A stretch of 64,000 bases of DNA from the NCBI GenBank assembly GCA_937124585.1, contig CAKZKT010000127.1, forward strand, positions 68,606 to 132,605, written 5' to 3'. Below are positions 1 to 9,258 of the stretch, one piece after another. The stretch comes from an uncultured Anaerolineae bacterium. GTDB lineage: Bacteria; Chloroflexota; Anaerolineae; CG2-30-64-16. Made by a program: the position numbers and the translations under genes. The notes beneath the pieces are model-generated. The model did not search any database. It worked only from the letters and a program-made list of their open reading frames with translations, and had not been told where the DNA came from. Each line of letters begins with the position of its first letter. The stretch's first letter is position 1.

Positions 1-125
1 CAGCTCTCGGCGACGATGCCGGGCGGCAGACGACGGCCGAACAGGGTCTCGAGGCGCCGGCCGCCCCACAGGTAATCGCGCAGGACCGGCATGAAAGTGA
101 GAGGGTAGAGCAGCGGATCGCGCAT
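1..125 (-). CDS. Mannose-6-phosphate isomerase, class I (N-terminal fragment; gene continues beyond the window start)
   Basis: Minus-strand translation from the ATG (complement of 123-125) gives MRDPLLYPLTFMPVLRDYLWGGRRLETLFGRRLPPGIVAESW. The Y-W-G-G pattern is typical of type I phosphomannose isomerase N-termini. Strong SD (AAAGGAG) sits 9 nt upstream on the minus strand. The ORF has no stop in the window, so it is absent from the ORF track. Confidence 0.5.
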   Translation of the reverse strand, partial: MRDPLLYPLTFMPVLRDYLWGGRRLETLFGRRLPPGIVAES

Positions 126-474
126 CTGGATCGAAGCTCCTTTTTGGCGTTCGGCCCGATTGGGTATACCGCAAAAGTGTCGGTCATTGCGAGGGGCGTC
201 ATTTGCCCTGAAGCAATCTCCTGCCGGTTTTGCGCCATACTCGGCCCGATTTGACAGACCAGACAATCTAGGGGATAATGTCCCTGCTCGCAAGAGCAGC
301 TTCCTTCGCCATCCTAATGCCGAGGAGGTGATGCGAATGGACCAACGTAGTACCAAACGCGGCGTCGTAGCATCACCTCGGTTGGATCGGTAGTGCTACG
401 GCGCCCAACAAGAGGGGGGACAGGCCACGGCCCGTCCCCCCTCTTGCCTTTTCAAGCCCGGTTTCTGCACGCGC

Positions 475-993
475 CTATGCCTCGGCACTCGAAAAAACAT
501 ATTTGCCCCAGGCATGGCGATCTTTCGCTTCGCTCAGGAGCAAGAAGGCCAGGTAATGCGGCCGGCCAGGCTTGCGGCGCAACACCATGCCGGCCTCCTC
601 GGGCGTGCGGTCGCCCTTACGCATGTTGCAGGCCCGACACGCGGTGACGACATTCTCCCAGGTCGTCTCGCCGCCCCGGCTACGCGGCAACAGATGATCG
701 AGCGTGAGGGCCGCGTGCGGGCCAGAGGCGCCGCAGTACTGGCAGGTGTGATTGTCGCGCAGAAGCACCGAGCGCCGGGTCGGCGCCATGGTGACCTGCC
801 GCGGAATGCGCACATAGTAGACCAGGCGGATCACCAGGGGCACGGGCAACGATGTGCGCGCGGCATGAAGCCGCTCCTCGGCGCATTCGATCAGCTCGGC
901 CTTCTCTTTGAGCAGAAGCACCAGCGCCCGCCTGACCGAGACGATGCTGAGCGGCTCATACGTGGCGTTTAGGACCAGGACACGCTGCACCAT
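475..993 (-). CDS. HNH endonuclease family protein
   Basis: Translation contains CQYCG...LTLDHLLPRSRGG...ACRACNMRKGD, an HNH nuclease motif with two Cys pairs. Start is either the ATG at 993 or the GTG at 1002. Confidence 0.8.
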   Translation of the reverse strand: MVQRVLVLNATYEPLSIVSVRRALVLLLKEKAELIECAEERLHAARTSLPVPLVIRLVYYVRIPRQVTMAPTRRSVLLRDNHTCQYCGASGPHAALTLDHLLPRSRGGETTWENVVTACRACNMRKGDRTPEEAGMVLRRKPGRPHYLAFLLLSEAKDRHAWGKYVFSSAEA

Positions 994-1072
994 CACCGAC
1001 ACTCAAAAAGACGTTAAAAAACAACGCCCGGCCTCAGACCGAACGGAAGCCGGGCACGCACAGTTGAAAAGG

Positions 1073-1146
1073 GGTGGCCAGTGGGGCTTGAACCCGCAAC
1101 CTTCTGGGCCACAACCAGATGCTCTGCCGATTGAGCTATGGCCACC
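1073..1146 (-). tRNA. tRNA-His (anticodon GTG), with the 5' G-1 typical of tRNA-His
   Basis: Reverse complement folds into a cloverleaf: acceptor GTGGCCA/TGGCCAC, anticodon loop TTGTGGC, T-loop TTCAAGC. No 3' A is encoded after the CC. Confidence 0.85.
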
Positions 1147-1214
1147 ATATTGATAGATGCGTTTAGGATGTCGCCCAAACAAATGACGTTCGGTCATCTG
1201 CGGCCCCGCATTCA

Positions 1215-1285
1215 CTCGGGGGCAGGGATTCGAACCCCGATAAGGAGCTCCAAAGGCTCCGGTCCTGCCGTTGAACGACCCCCGA
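1215..1285 (-). tRNA. tRNA-Gln (anticodon TTG)
   Basis: RC is TCGGGGG-TC-GTTC..GGAC-C-GGAGC-CTTTGGA-GCTCC-...-CGGGGTTCGAATCCCTG-CCCCCGA-G. Anticodon loop is CTTTGGA; T-loop is TTCGAAT. Confidence 0.75.
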
Positions 1286-1303
1286 ACGCCTCGCCAACAG
1301 GAG

Positions 1304-1376
1304 TGCCGAGGCCCAGACTTGAACTGGGGACACCGCAATTTTCAGTCGCGTGCTCTACCAACTGAGCTACCTCGGC
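1304..1376 (-). tRNA. tRNA-Phe (anticodon GAA)
   Basis: RC is GCCGAGGTAGCTCAGTTGGTAGAGCACGCGACTGAAAATTGCGGTGTCCCCAGTTCAAGTCTGGGCCTCGGCA. The 7-bp acceptor stem is perfect and the anticodon loop is CTGAAAA. Confidence 0.9.
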
Positions 1377-1441
1377 GCATAAACCAAAGCTGGAAGCCAT
1401 CAGCCAGCGCGACGCAGCCTCGGCTTCCAGCCCGGAGTCAG

Positions 1442-1513
<72 letters not shown>

Positions 1514-1596
1514 ACGGTCTATATTTGTCAAAGACGCTTTGCATTATACTCATTTTGCCGCGGCTGTCAAAAACCAGCCGCGGCGCTCAAAACAGG

Positions 1597-1669
1597 TGGA
1601 CCCGACCGGATTCGAACCGGTGATCTCCTCCGTGCAAGGGAGGCGCCTTCCCGCTCGGCTACGGGCCCG
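1597..1669 (-). tRNA. tRNA-Cys (anticodon GCA)
   Basis: RC is GGGCCCGTAGCCGAGCGGGAAGGCGCCTCCCTTGCACGGAGGAGATCACCGGTTCGAATCCGGTCGGGTCCA. Anticodon loop is CTTGCAC. Confidence 0.85.
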
Positions 1670-1707
1670 AACTAGAAGCCGGAAGCCAGGGACCGGCCTG
1701 TCTTCGA

Positions 1708-1788
1708 TGCCGACGGGGGGATTTGAACCCCCACGCCTTGCGGCAACAGATCCTAAGTCTGCAGCGTCTGCCATTCCGCCACGTCGGC
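1708..1788 (-). tRNA. tRNA-Leu (anticodon TAG), class II with long variable arm
   Basis: RC is GCCGACGTGGCGGAATGGCAGACGCTGCAGACTTAGGATCTGTTGCCGCAAGGCGTGGGGGTTCAAATCCCCCCGTCGGCA. Anticodon loop is CTTAGGA, with a 12-13 nt variable arm. Confidence 0.85.
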
Positions 1789-2442
1789 GCGATGCGTTCG
1801 ACGGGCTCCAGGTCGTGGCCGTGTGGCTCCCTGGCCCCTCTGCGACCGGTCGGCTACGCCGCGATCGCATCTGCTTGTCGGATCATACTCCCGATTCTGT
1901 GGCCCCAGGTTGGGGTTGCCGCCATCTGTCTCGTCCGCCGGTATATTCCATCTTCCAGGGTACGGCTAGATGAAATCACCGACAAACGGCCATGCCTGGC
2001 CTGGCGGGTGTAACCCGCCTTCACCGCCATGGCTGCGATGAGACCGAACATCCGTCTGCGCCATCGAGCATCGCCTCCGACGCTGACCGATGCCCGGCCC
2101 ACTCACCTTGCTCCCGGCCGCACGCTCGCCCAGCCGGCGACATTGCTGCCGCCGCTGGTGGGCTCTTACCCCACCGTTTCAGCCCTCACCCTGTTCGGGC
2201 AGGTTTGCTTTCTGTTGCGGTTGTAGTCGCCTGAGTCGCCCCAGGCGCCCTCACTTGTCGTTTCGTGAGGCAGCCTTCCTCGCCGCTGCGAGGTGGGAGT
2301 CGGGAAGTTCCTCTCCGCCCGGTATGACCTGACGGAGCGGCGGCTCACCAACAAGCATGAACATTCTAGCATGTGGGACGCGGCGTGTCAAAAATCGGGC
2401 GAATGTGACGAATGATCGGCGCGAGGCCCGCGACGGCGATTG

Positions 2443-2470
2443 TTGACTTGTTGCTGCCCTGGCGTATAAT
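2443..2470 (+). promoter_or_regulatory. Sigma70-like promoter upstream of gcvT (TTGACT-16nt-TATAAT)
   Basis: TTGACT at 2443-2448 and TATAAT at 2465-2470 lie about 63 nt upstream of the gcvT ATG, in an otherwise GC-rich sequence. Confidence 0.5.
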
Positions 2471-2533
2471 GCCAACCCGTGAGGTCGCGTTACACCTCCG
2501 CCGACAGCAGGATGTGACGGCCGGGGAGCTGCC

Positions 2534-3682
2534 ATGAAACGAACTCCTTTTTACCACCAATTCCTCGCTGCGGGTGCTACCATGCGCCCGGTCCAGGGCT
2601 GGGAAATGCCAGACGAGGTGGTCGGCGAGCAAGCCGAGCACCTGGCTGTGCGCCGTGCGGCCGGCTTGTTCGATTGGTCTTCCACCGGTGAGATCGAGAT
2701 CGCCGGCCCCGATGCGCTGGCGCTCGTGCAGAGAGTCATCGTGAACGATGCCGCAGCATTGCCGGTGGGCCGGGTGCTCTATTCCACGATGTGTCGGCCC
2801 GATGGCGCGATCTTCTCCGACATCACCGTCTATCGGCTGAGCGAACGGCGTTTCTGGATTATGACAGCGTGGGCCAGCAATGCCGCCGATGAGCGACCTG
2901 AATTCGACTGGCTGGTCCATCATGCCGAGGGGATGCAGGTCTGCGTCACCGATGTCTCGCCGGGCGTGGCGCTGCTGGCGGTGCAAGGACCTGCGGCGCG
3001 CGCCATCCTCGCAGCGCTGACCCCGACCGACCTGGGATTGCTGCGCCCCATGGACTTCGTCGAGAGCCGGCTGGCCGGCGCGCCGCGGGCCATCATCTCG
3101 CGCACGGGCTACACCGGCGAGTCGGGCTATGAGCTCTGCGTCTCGCCGGAGTATGCGGCAGATGTCTGGGATGCCCTGATGACCGCGGGCCAGCCGCATG
3201 GCTTGCAACCGGCCGGTCTGAAGGCGGCCTTCAGCCTGCGCATCGAGAAGGGCTATATCATGCGGTTCGACTTCATGGACAATGTCACCCCTTTCGAGGC
3301 CGGCCTGGGCTGGACGGTAAAACTCGCAAAAGGCGATTTCATCGGCCGGGATGCATTGGCCAGGCAAAAAGCCGAGGGCGTGCGGCGCAAGCTGGTCTGC
3401 CTGGCGCTGGCCGACGAAACGCTGCCGCCTCCCGGCAGCCCGGTCTGGCGCGGGGACAGCGTGATCGGCAAAGTGACCAGCAGCGCCGTCGGCCACACTG
3501 TGGGCGCTCCGCTGGCGCTGGCGCTCCTGGACGTGGCCCACACGCAGCCGGATGTCGTCGTGATGGTCGAAGTCGGTGCCGCGCACCATCCTGCCACAGT
3601 CGTGCCCCGGCCATATTACGACCCCACAGGGAGTCAGCTGAAACTCTCTCTGGCTGGCGCGGCCAGCCTTCCTACCGGATGA
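2534..3682 (+). CDS. gcvT: Glycine cleavage system T protein (aminomethyltransferase)
   Basis: The 382-aa translation (MKRTPFYHQF...GLFDWSS.GEIEIAGPDA...) has the GcvT-family layout and is immediately followed by gcvH. Confidence 0.85.
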   Translation: MKRTPFYHQFLAAGATMRPVQGWEMPDEVVGEQAEHLAVRRAAGLFDWSSTGEIEIAGPDALALVQRVIVNDAAALPVGRVLYSTMCRPDGAIFSDITVYRLSERRFWIMTAWASNAADERPEFDWLVHHAEGMQVCVTDVSPGVALLAVQGPAARAILAALTPTDLGLLRPMDFVESRLAGAPRAIISRTGYTGESGYELCVSPEYAADVWDALMTAGQPHGLQPAGLKAAFSLRIEKGYIMRFDFMDNVTPFEAGLGWTVKLAKGDFIGRDALARQKAEGVRRKLVCLALADETLPPPGSPVWRGDSVIGKVTSSAVGHTVGAPLALALLDVAHTQPDVVVMVEVGAAHHPATVVPRPYYDPTGSQLKLSLAGAASLPTG

Positions 3683-3724
3683 ACGCGCAAGGCGCACGTT
3701 CTTAGCAAGCTGCGTGAAACCGAG

Positions 3725-4159
3725 GTGAATCCAGTGCTCCATATCGGCGGTTACGACTTCGAGGAAGGGCTGTACTACGACGATCATCACCAGTATGCCC
3801 GCGTGGACGGCGATGTCGTCACGATCGGCCTGAGCCATTTCGCCCAGGCCATCGCCAAAGAGATCAATTATGTCGGCCTGCCGAGGCCGGGCCGCAAGGT
3901 GGAACAGGGCAAGCCGATCGGTTCCGTCGAATCGGGCAAGTGGGTCGGCCGGCTCTACGCGCCGGTCAGCGGCGAGGTGATCGCCGTGAATCAGGCCCTG
4001 GAGGCCGATCCCACCCTCATCAACCAGGATCCGTACGGCGAGGGTTGGATCGTACAACTGCGTGCGGCCGACCTGGGCCAGCTCGCCGCACTGCGCCGGT
4101 GCACCGATCCCGGCTTCGAGACGTGGTTCCTGGCCGAGGTCGCCAGGTACCCGCGATAG
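3725..4159 (+). CDS. gcvH: Glycine cleavage system H protein (lipoyl carrier)
   Basis: The 144-aa translation has a lipoyl-lysine context (VESGKWVG) and the ...SGEV...DPYGEGW GcvH hallmarks. Confidence 0.85.
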   Translation: MNPVLHIGGYDFEEGLYYDDHHQYARVDGDVVTIGLSHFAQAIAKEINYVGLPRPGRKVEQGKPIGSVESGKWVGRLYAPVSGEVIAVNQALEADPTLINQDPYGEGWIVQLRAADLGQLAALRRCTDPGFETWFLAEVARYPR

Positions 4160-4173
4160 CTCAGGCCGCTCCT

Positions 4174-5628
4174 ATGGCCAATCCTCTCTGCCATCCGCCG
4201 CTGGCCGAACTTCTCGGTGATCGCTACACGGAAAGCCCCTTCGAGCGTTCGTTCTACCAACGTGATCTGGCCGTCGTGCCGCATAGCCTGGCCAGACTGA
4301 TCGGCCAGACCCTGCCCGATGCCGTGGCGCGGCCGCGCACAGCCGAGGAGGTCGCGGCGATCATGCGCTATGCCGGCGAACGCAAGCTGGCCGTGACGCC
4401 GCGCGCGGCCGGCAGCACGACCTTTTGGAACGCCGTCCCCCTGCACGGCGGCCTGCTGCTCGACCTGAACGGCTTGGCCGGGCTGGCCGCGCTGGACACC
4501 GACCACCTGACGGCTGACGTATGGGCCGGCACGCGTTGGGCCGACCTCGAGCGGGCGCTGCGCCGCCGCGGCTTCGCCGTGCTCGCCTATCCGACCAGCG
4601 CGCCAGCGGCGACGGTGGCCGGTTGGTTCTGCATGGAGGGGCACGGAATCGGCAGCCTGAAGTATGGCGGGATGGCCGGCCACGTGGCTGGCCTGGAGGC
4701 CGTCCTGGCCGATGGCCACATCGCACAGATCGCGGCGGCGACACCGGACGCGCCGACGGTGGCCGAGCTCGCCGGCTCCGAAGGCACACTGGCCGTCATC
4801 ACGCGCATCCGGCTGCGGCTCCGGCCGGCGCCGGCAGCCGTGGGCCACCATCTCCTGCGCTTTCGCGACATGGCAACGCTCCAGGCGGCTGCGCTCGATC
4901 TGAGCACGGCGCGGCCCACCCCATACTACCTCCATTTCGCCGATGACGCCTGTGGCCGCCTGCTGACGCAGGCCGGATTCCCGCCGCCTGCCGACGGCGC
5001 CCTGCTGGCCATCACGTACGACGGTGCGGCGGCCGAAGTTGCAGCCGGCGCGGCGACCGTCGAACGGGCCGCCGCACAGACTGCCGGCGAGGAGTTGCCG
5101 GCCGCAGCCGCCGCGCGCGCGTGGGATGAGCGGTTTTTGGCCCTGCATCTGAAGCGCGCCGGGCCGAGCGTGTTGGGCACCGAGGCGTGGCTGTCGGTGT
5201 CGCAGCTGGCCGCCTATACGGCAAACGTGGCCAGGCTCGCCAGGCGGCAAAACCTGCCGATCGCCACCTACGGCATGGTCGTCGCACCGGGGATGGCGAC
5301 CGTCATGTCGCTTTTCGGCTGCGATGACGCGCGGCCTCTGGCGTATCTGTTGGCGCTCAGCCTGACCGGCCGGCTGTATGAGATCGCCTTCCGTCACGGT
5401 GGCCGGCCCTATGGCATCGGCGTCTGGAACACGCCATATCTGGGCCGCGCGTTTGCAGCAGAAGAACTGACGGCGCAACGGCGCCGCAAACAGGCGTTCG
5501 ACCCGGCCAATCTCCTCAATCCCGGCAAGCGCTATGCTCCGCCTGCGCTCCTCTGGCCACCGACGTTCAGGCTGGGGATGGCGGCGCTGGCCGGCATACG
5601 CCGGATCGGAAGGCGGTGGCTACGATGA
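4174..5628 (+). CDS. FAD-linked oxidase (FAD-binding PCMH type; GlcD/D-lactate dehydrogenase-like)
   Basis: Start is the internal ATG at 4174 (MANPLCHPP...), just after the gcvH stop. The upstream 78 codons of the 3940 ORF are Arg-rich and overlap gcvH in another frame. The FAD-binding domain motif pattern is present (...RAAGSTTFWNAVPLHGGLLLDLNGL...). Confidence 0.7.
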   Translation: MANPLCHPPLAELLGDRYTESPFERSFYQRDLAVVPHSLARLIGQTLPDAVARPRTAEEVAAIMRYAGERKLAVTPRAAGSTTFWNAVPLHGGLLLDLNGLAGLAALDTDHLTADVWAGTRWADLERALRRRGFAVLAYPTSAPAATVAGWFCMEGHGIGSLKYGGMAGHVAGLEAVLADGHIAQIAAATPDAPTVAELAGSEGTLAVITRIRLRLRPAPAAVGHHLLRFRDMATLQAAALDLSTARPTPYYLHFADDACGRLLTQAGFPPPADGALLAITYDGAAAEVAAGAATVERAAAQTAGEELPAAAAARAWDERFLALHLKRAGPSVLGTEAWLSVSQLAAYTANVARLARRQNLPIATYGMVVAPGMATVMSLFGCDDARPLAYLLALSLTGRLYEIAFRHGGRPYGIGVWNTPYLGRAFAAEELTAQRRRKQAFDPANLLNPGKRYAPPALLWPPTFRLGMAALAGIRRIGRRWLR

Positions 5629-6785
5629 CGACCCCGGCGCCCTTTGGCGGTCTCGCCCAGGAGACGCGCATCTGTGCGCACTGCGGCTATTGTCTGGCCG
5701 GTTGTCCCATCTACCAGGCCGTGGGCTGGGAATCGGCGAGCCCGCGCGGGCGGATGGCGATTGCCGCTGCGCTGGTGCACGGCAACGCGCTGTCCGCTGA
5801 AGCCGCGCAGCGCCTCTATGAGTGCACCCTCTGCGGCCATTGCCGGACAGTATGCCCGACGCGCATTGACACGCTGGCCACCTGGCTGGAAGCGCGGCAG
5901 CGGCTGGCCGATCAGTCGGCGTTGGATCGGCTGCCGCTCGGCCGGCTGCGCGACAATCTGTGCGCAGCCCACAACATCACCGGCGAGCCGGCGGAAAACC
6001 GCTTGCTCTGGCAGGAAGAGCTGAGCCTGGCCCCGGCACTCTTGAATGCCCGGCCCGGCGCGCAGGTCGTGTATTTCGTCGGCTGCGTCGCGGCGCTGTA
6101 CGGCCAGGGTCACGCCATCGCCCGGGCTGCTGTCGAGATCTTCCACCGCGCCGATCTGGACTTCACCACCCTCGGCAGCGCGGAGTGGTGCTGCGGCTTT
6201 CCGCTCCTCGGCCTGGGCCTGCCCGAAGAGGCTGCAGCGGTCGCCCGGCACAACCTGGCTGCCGTGCGAGCGCTCGCCGGCCAGGCGGTGGTGACGACCT
6301 GTCCCTCGTGTTTCCACATGTGGCGCGATGTTTATCCGGCTCTGCTGGGCGGCCCGATCGGCGTCGAGGTAATGCACGCCGGCGAGCTGCTGGCTCGACT
6401 GATCGCCGAGGGCCGCATCGCGTTCAGGCCGCTGCCGGGTCGCGTGACCTATCACGATCCATGCGATCTGGGCCGTAACAGCGGCGTCTACGATGCCCCG
6501 CGAGCGGTATTGCAGGCCATTCCGGGCCTGGAGCTGGTCGAGATGGCCGACCACCGCAAGCACGCGCGCTGTTGCGGCGGAGGCGGCAACCTGGAGGCGA
6601 TCAATCCGGATCTGGCCGGCGAGCTCGCTCGACAGCGCCTCGTGCAGGCCGTCGAGACCGGCGCGACGCTGCTGGTGACGCCGTGTCAGCAATGCAAACG
6701 CACGCTGGCGACAGCCGCCCGCCGGGAACGCGTCCGGCTGCGCGTGCTCGACCTGACCGAGACCGTCGTGCAGGCTTTGGCCTGA
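5616..6785 (+). CDS. (Fe-S)-binding oxidoreductase subunit (GlcF-like: 2x4Fe-4S ferredoxin motifs + CCG domains)
   Basis: CxxCxxCxxxCP motifs appear twice (CAHCGYCLAGCP, CTLCGHCRTVCP). The C-terminal half is Cys-rich with CCG-like motifs (CCGFPLL, CPSCF, CCGGGG). It overlaps the oxidase gene by 13 nt, suggesting a two-subunit enzyme. Confidence 0.75.
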   Translation: MATMTTPAPFGGLAQETRICAHCGYCLAGCPIYQAVGWESASPRGRMAIAAALVHGNALSAEAAQRLYECTLCGHCRTVCPTRIDTLATWLEARQRLADQSALDRLPLGRLRDNLCAAHNITGEPAENRLLWQEELSLAPALLNARPGAQVVYFVGCVAALYGQGHAIARAAVEIFHRADLDFTTLGSAEWCCGFPLLGLGLPEEAAAVARHNLAAVRALAGQAVVTTCPSCFHMWRDVYPALLGGPIGVEVMHAGELLARLIAEGRIAFRPLPGRVTYHDPCDLGRNSGVYDAPRAVLQAIPGLELVEMADHRKHARCCGGGGNLEAINPDLAGELARQRLVQAVETGATLLVTPCQQCKRTLATAARRERVRLRVLDLTETVVQALA

Positions 6786-6903
6786 AAACACGCCCGTTGT
6801 TAAGTGCTACTGAACAAATTTGACAAAGCAGCTGAACTCTGTTATACTTGTTTTATCCACGTGTAGCCAACAGCACCATGACCCGAAAGGGGCAAACCAT
6901 TCC

Positions 6904-7440
6904 ATGATCGGCGAGCAAATCCGTCGGCGGCGCAAAGAGCTCGGCTATACTCTCCGGCAGCTCGGCGCGCGCACCAACCTGACGGCGAGCTTTCTCAGTC
7001 AGATTGAGAACAATCAGTGTTCGTTGTCGCTCGATTCGCTCCAACGCATCGCCACCGCGTTAGAAGTGCCCATGTTCGCCTTCTTGAATGAGGCACACCA
7101 ACCGAATCCGATCATTCGGGCCAATGAACGGCCGAAACTGAACATCTGTGATGCCGAGATCTGTTACGAGCTGTTGTCGCGTGATCTGGGCGGCCAGATC
7201 ATGGCTGTACTCATCACCGTGCAGCCTGGCGGGCGGCGGATTGCCGAGCGGCTATCCAAACCGACCGACGAGTTGATGTACGTCTTGCGCGGACGGCTCT
7301 CCATCACCATCGAGGATCAGACCTATGTGCTGGGCCCAGGCGACAGCATTACTTACAACGGCCTGACTTTACGAGAGTTTTCGGCGTTGGACAATGAGGA
7401 ATTGCAGATGATCTGCTGCGTCACACCGCCGGTGCTTTAA
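6904..7440 (+). CDS. XRE-family HTH transcriptional regulator with C-terminal cupin domain
   Basis: N-terminal HTH (IGEQIRRRRKELGYTLRQLGARTNLTASFLSQIEN) and C-terminal cupin-like beta region. Start is the internal ATG at 6904, preceded by an AAAGGGG RBS. The upstream region is AT-rich and promoter-like. Confidence 0.75.
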   Translation: MIGEQIRRRRKELGYTLRQLGARTNLTASFLSQIENNQCSLSLDSLQRIATALEVPMFAFLNEAHQPNPIIRANERPKLNICDAEICYELLSRDLGGQIMAVLITVQPGGRRIAERLSKPTDELMYVLRGRLSITIEDQTYVLGPGDSITYNGLTLREFSALDNEELQMICCVTPPVL

Positions 7441-7556
7441 GATGGCGTCGTGAAGCGGCGAAAGGAGGTGATAGATCAGTCGAATCACCACAGGCCTGTC
7501 GAATCCCCACTGTTCTGTTCCGGTTTACTGCCAGCCAATCAGAAGGAGAATAACCT

Positions 7557-9023
7557 ATGAAACCTCGTTTCGCGTTGATTGCCCTGCTGGCCATCATCGT
7601 CCTGCTGCTCGGCGCATGCGCTCAACCGACGCCACAGGTGATTGAAAAGGTCGTGACGCAGGTCGTCACCCAAGAGAAAGTGGTTGAGAAAGTCGTCGAA
7701 AAGCCGGTCGAGAAGGTCGTGGAGAAGACCGTGGTGGTGCAGGCAGCCACCCCGGTGCCGGCCAAGAAGATCGTGTCTTGGTTCCAGTACGACCAGAACA
7801 ACGTAGACCCCAAAGCCGATGAACGCGTCGGAAACGAATACCTGCGCAAGACCATCCCCATCTTCAACAAAGAATTCGAAGGCAAGTACGTCTGGGAGAA
7901 CCAGTTCACGCCCTGGGATCGCCTGGCAGCCAAGCTGGTCGCCGCGGTGCAGGCCAAGGCCGAGGTGCCTGATCTGATCGAGGCCGGTGGCACCGAGGTC
8001 AATAATTTTTACAAGAACGGCGCGGTCCAGGATCTGACGGAGTGGGCCAAGGCGCAGAAATGGTATGCCGAAATGGATCCCAGCGCGCTAAAAATCTGCA
8101 CTACGCCCGATGGCAAGATCGTCTGCATCCCGATGGCAAACCGGCCCTCTCAGGTATTTGTCTGGAAGGACCTCTACCCCAACGGGTTCCCCAAGACCAC
8201 TGACGATTGGCTTAAGGAAGGTGAGCGGCTCAAGCAGGCAGGCAAATATGCCATGACCTTCTTCGGCTCAACGGCCTTCAACGGCGATGGTGCCAATCGC
8301 GCCGTGTTCCAGGCCATCGTCTCCTTCGGCGGCGGCTACGACGATGGCAACGGCAAGCTGAAGCTGAACACGCCGGAGAACGTGGCGGCAGTGGCCTGGC
8401 TGCGCGAGATGGTGCAGCGCGGCTATGTGACGGAGATTTCGTTCGCCGGCGGCTTCCAGGAAGAGGAGGCGTTCAAGGATGCTTCGGCGGGCGCCATCCC
8501 CACCGGTCTGTTCGGCTATCGCTACATCAATCCCCTGGTTGCGCCCAGCGGCAAGAAGTATGAAAAGAAGAACGAGCAGGATATGCTCGACGCCATTGCA
8601 GCGGGTGACGTGATCCTCCAGCCCTTCCCGGCTGCTCCGGGCAAGAAGCACGGCTGCGGCACCGGCGTTGCGGCCCTCTTCATTCCCACCGGCGCCAAGA
8701 ACCCCGAAGGCGCCAAGGAATTCATCAATTGGACGCTGTCGCCGGCACACAACCCGGCCTACGTGAAGGGGCCGGGCGGCGGTCTGCCGGTGCTCAAGTC
8801 CATCGCAGCGCTGCCGGACTTCCAGACGCCCTTCTATCAGCAAGCTTATCAGGTGGCCTCAGCCAGCGAGTGCAAGGTCGCATGGCCGACGGTCGTAAAT
8901 GTGACCGGCGCCAAGATGGCGGTCATGAACGCAGTCTACAAGCTGATCAAGACCGATCCAAAGGCTGACATCGCCACTGAGCTACAAAAGGCAGAGGACG
9001 AGTTCAACAAGACGGTCAAGTGA
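7557..9023 (+). CDS. ABC transporter substrate-binding lipoprotein (carbohydrate-type extracellular solute-binding protein)
   Basis: Strong RBS (AAGGAGA). Lipoprotein signal (LLLGAC) followed by an (EKVV)n linker. Family 1 SBP fold signatures are present. It sits immediately upstream of two permease genes. Confidence 0.85.
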   Translation: MKPRFALIALLAIIVLLLGACAQPTPQVIEKVVTQVVTQEKVVEKVVEKPVEKVVEKTVVVQAATPVPAKKIVSWFQYDQNNVDPKADERVGNEYLRKTIPIFNKEFEGKYVWENQFTPWDRLAAKLVAAVQAKAEVPDLIEAGGTEVNNFYKNGAVQDLTEWAKAQKWYAEMDPSALKICTTPDGKIVCIPMANRPSQVFVWKDLYPNGFPKTTDDWLKEGERLKQAGKYAMTFFGSTAFNGDGANRAVFQAIVSFGGGYDDGNGKLKLNTPENVAAVAWLREMVQRGYVTEISFAGGFQEEEAFKDASAGAIPTGLFGYRYINPLVAPSGKKYEKKNEQDMLDAIAAGDVILQPFPAAPGKKHGCGTGVAALFIPTGAKNPEGAKEFINWTLSPAHNPAYVKGPGGGLPVLKSIAALPDFQTPFYQQAYQVASASECKVAWPTVVNVTGAKMAVMNAVYKLIKTDPKADIATELQKAEDEFNKTVK

Positions 9024-9076
9024 GATCCATCGCCTGAGACGATGACCGTATCGGGGGGCGGACCGTGCCCTGGCGC

Positions 9077-9100
9077 GTGTGCTCGACCGGTCGAGCACAC
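9077..9100. repeat. Perfect 24-bp palindrome (GTGTGCTCGACC|GGTCGAGCACAC) inside a larger imperfect hairpin in the SBP-permease intergenic region
   Basis: Self-complementarity was checked directly. It is flanked by CCCTGGCG...CGCCAGG and followed by a short T-run (GCCCCCTTTT). Confidence 0.6.
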
Positions 9101-9258
9101 GGGGCAGGGACGCCAGGCCGCTTCGGGGAGACCTGGCACCGCCCCCTTTTGTTCTTGCCTCTCCCCCACCTTGTCGTCCCAGCCTGGTGTCTGGCGCTGC
9201 AAGGCCCGCTTGTCGGCCGACCAGGGCTGTTCTTCCGGAGATGGAGGCAGGCATTCCT

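Noticed and set aside
2100-2533. Glycine riboswitch upstream of gcvT
   Set aside because: The leader between the -10 element and the ATG is only ~60 nt. No ACCGAAGGGGCAA or CUCUGGAGAG consensus elements were seen in 1800-2533.
2366-6791. Long minus-strand ORFs (563, 495, 419 aa) antisense to gcvT/gcvH/oxidase/Fe-S genes
   Set aside because: They are Arg/Pro/Gly/Ala-rich low-complexity translations with no motifs. They lie exactly antisense to well-supported genes, which is the classic high-GC shadow-ORF artefact.
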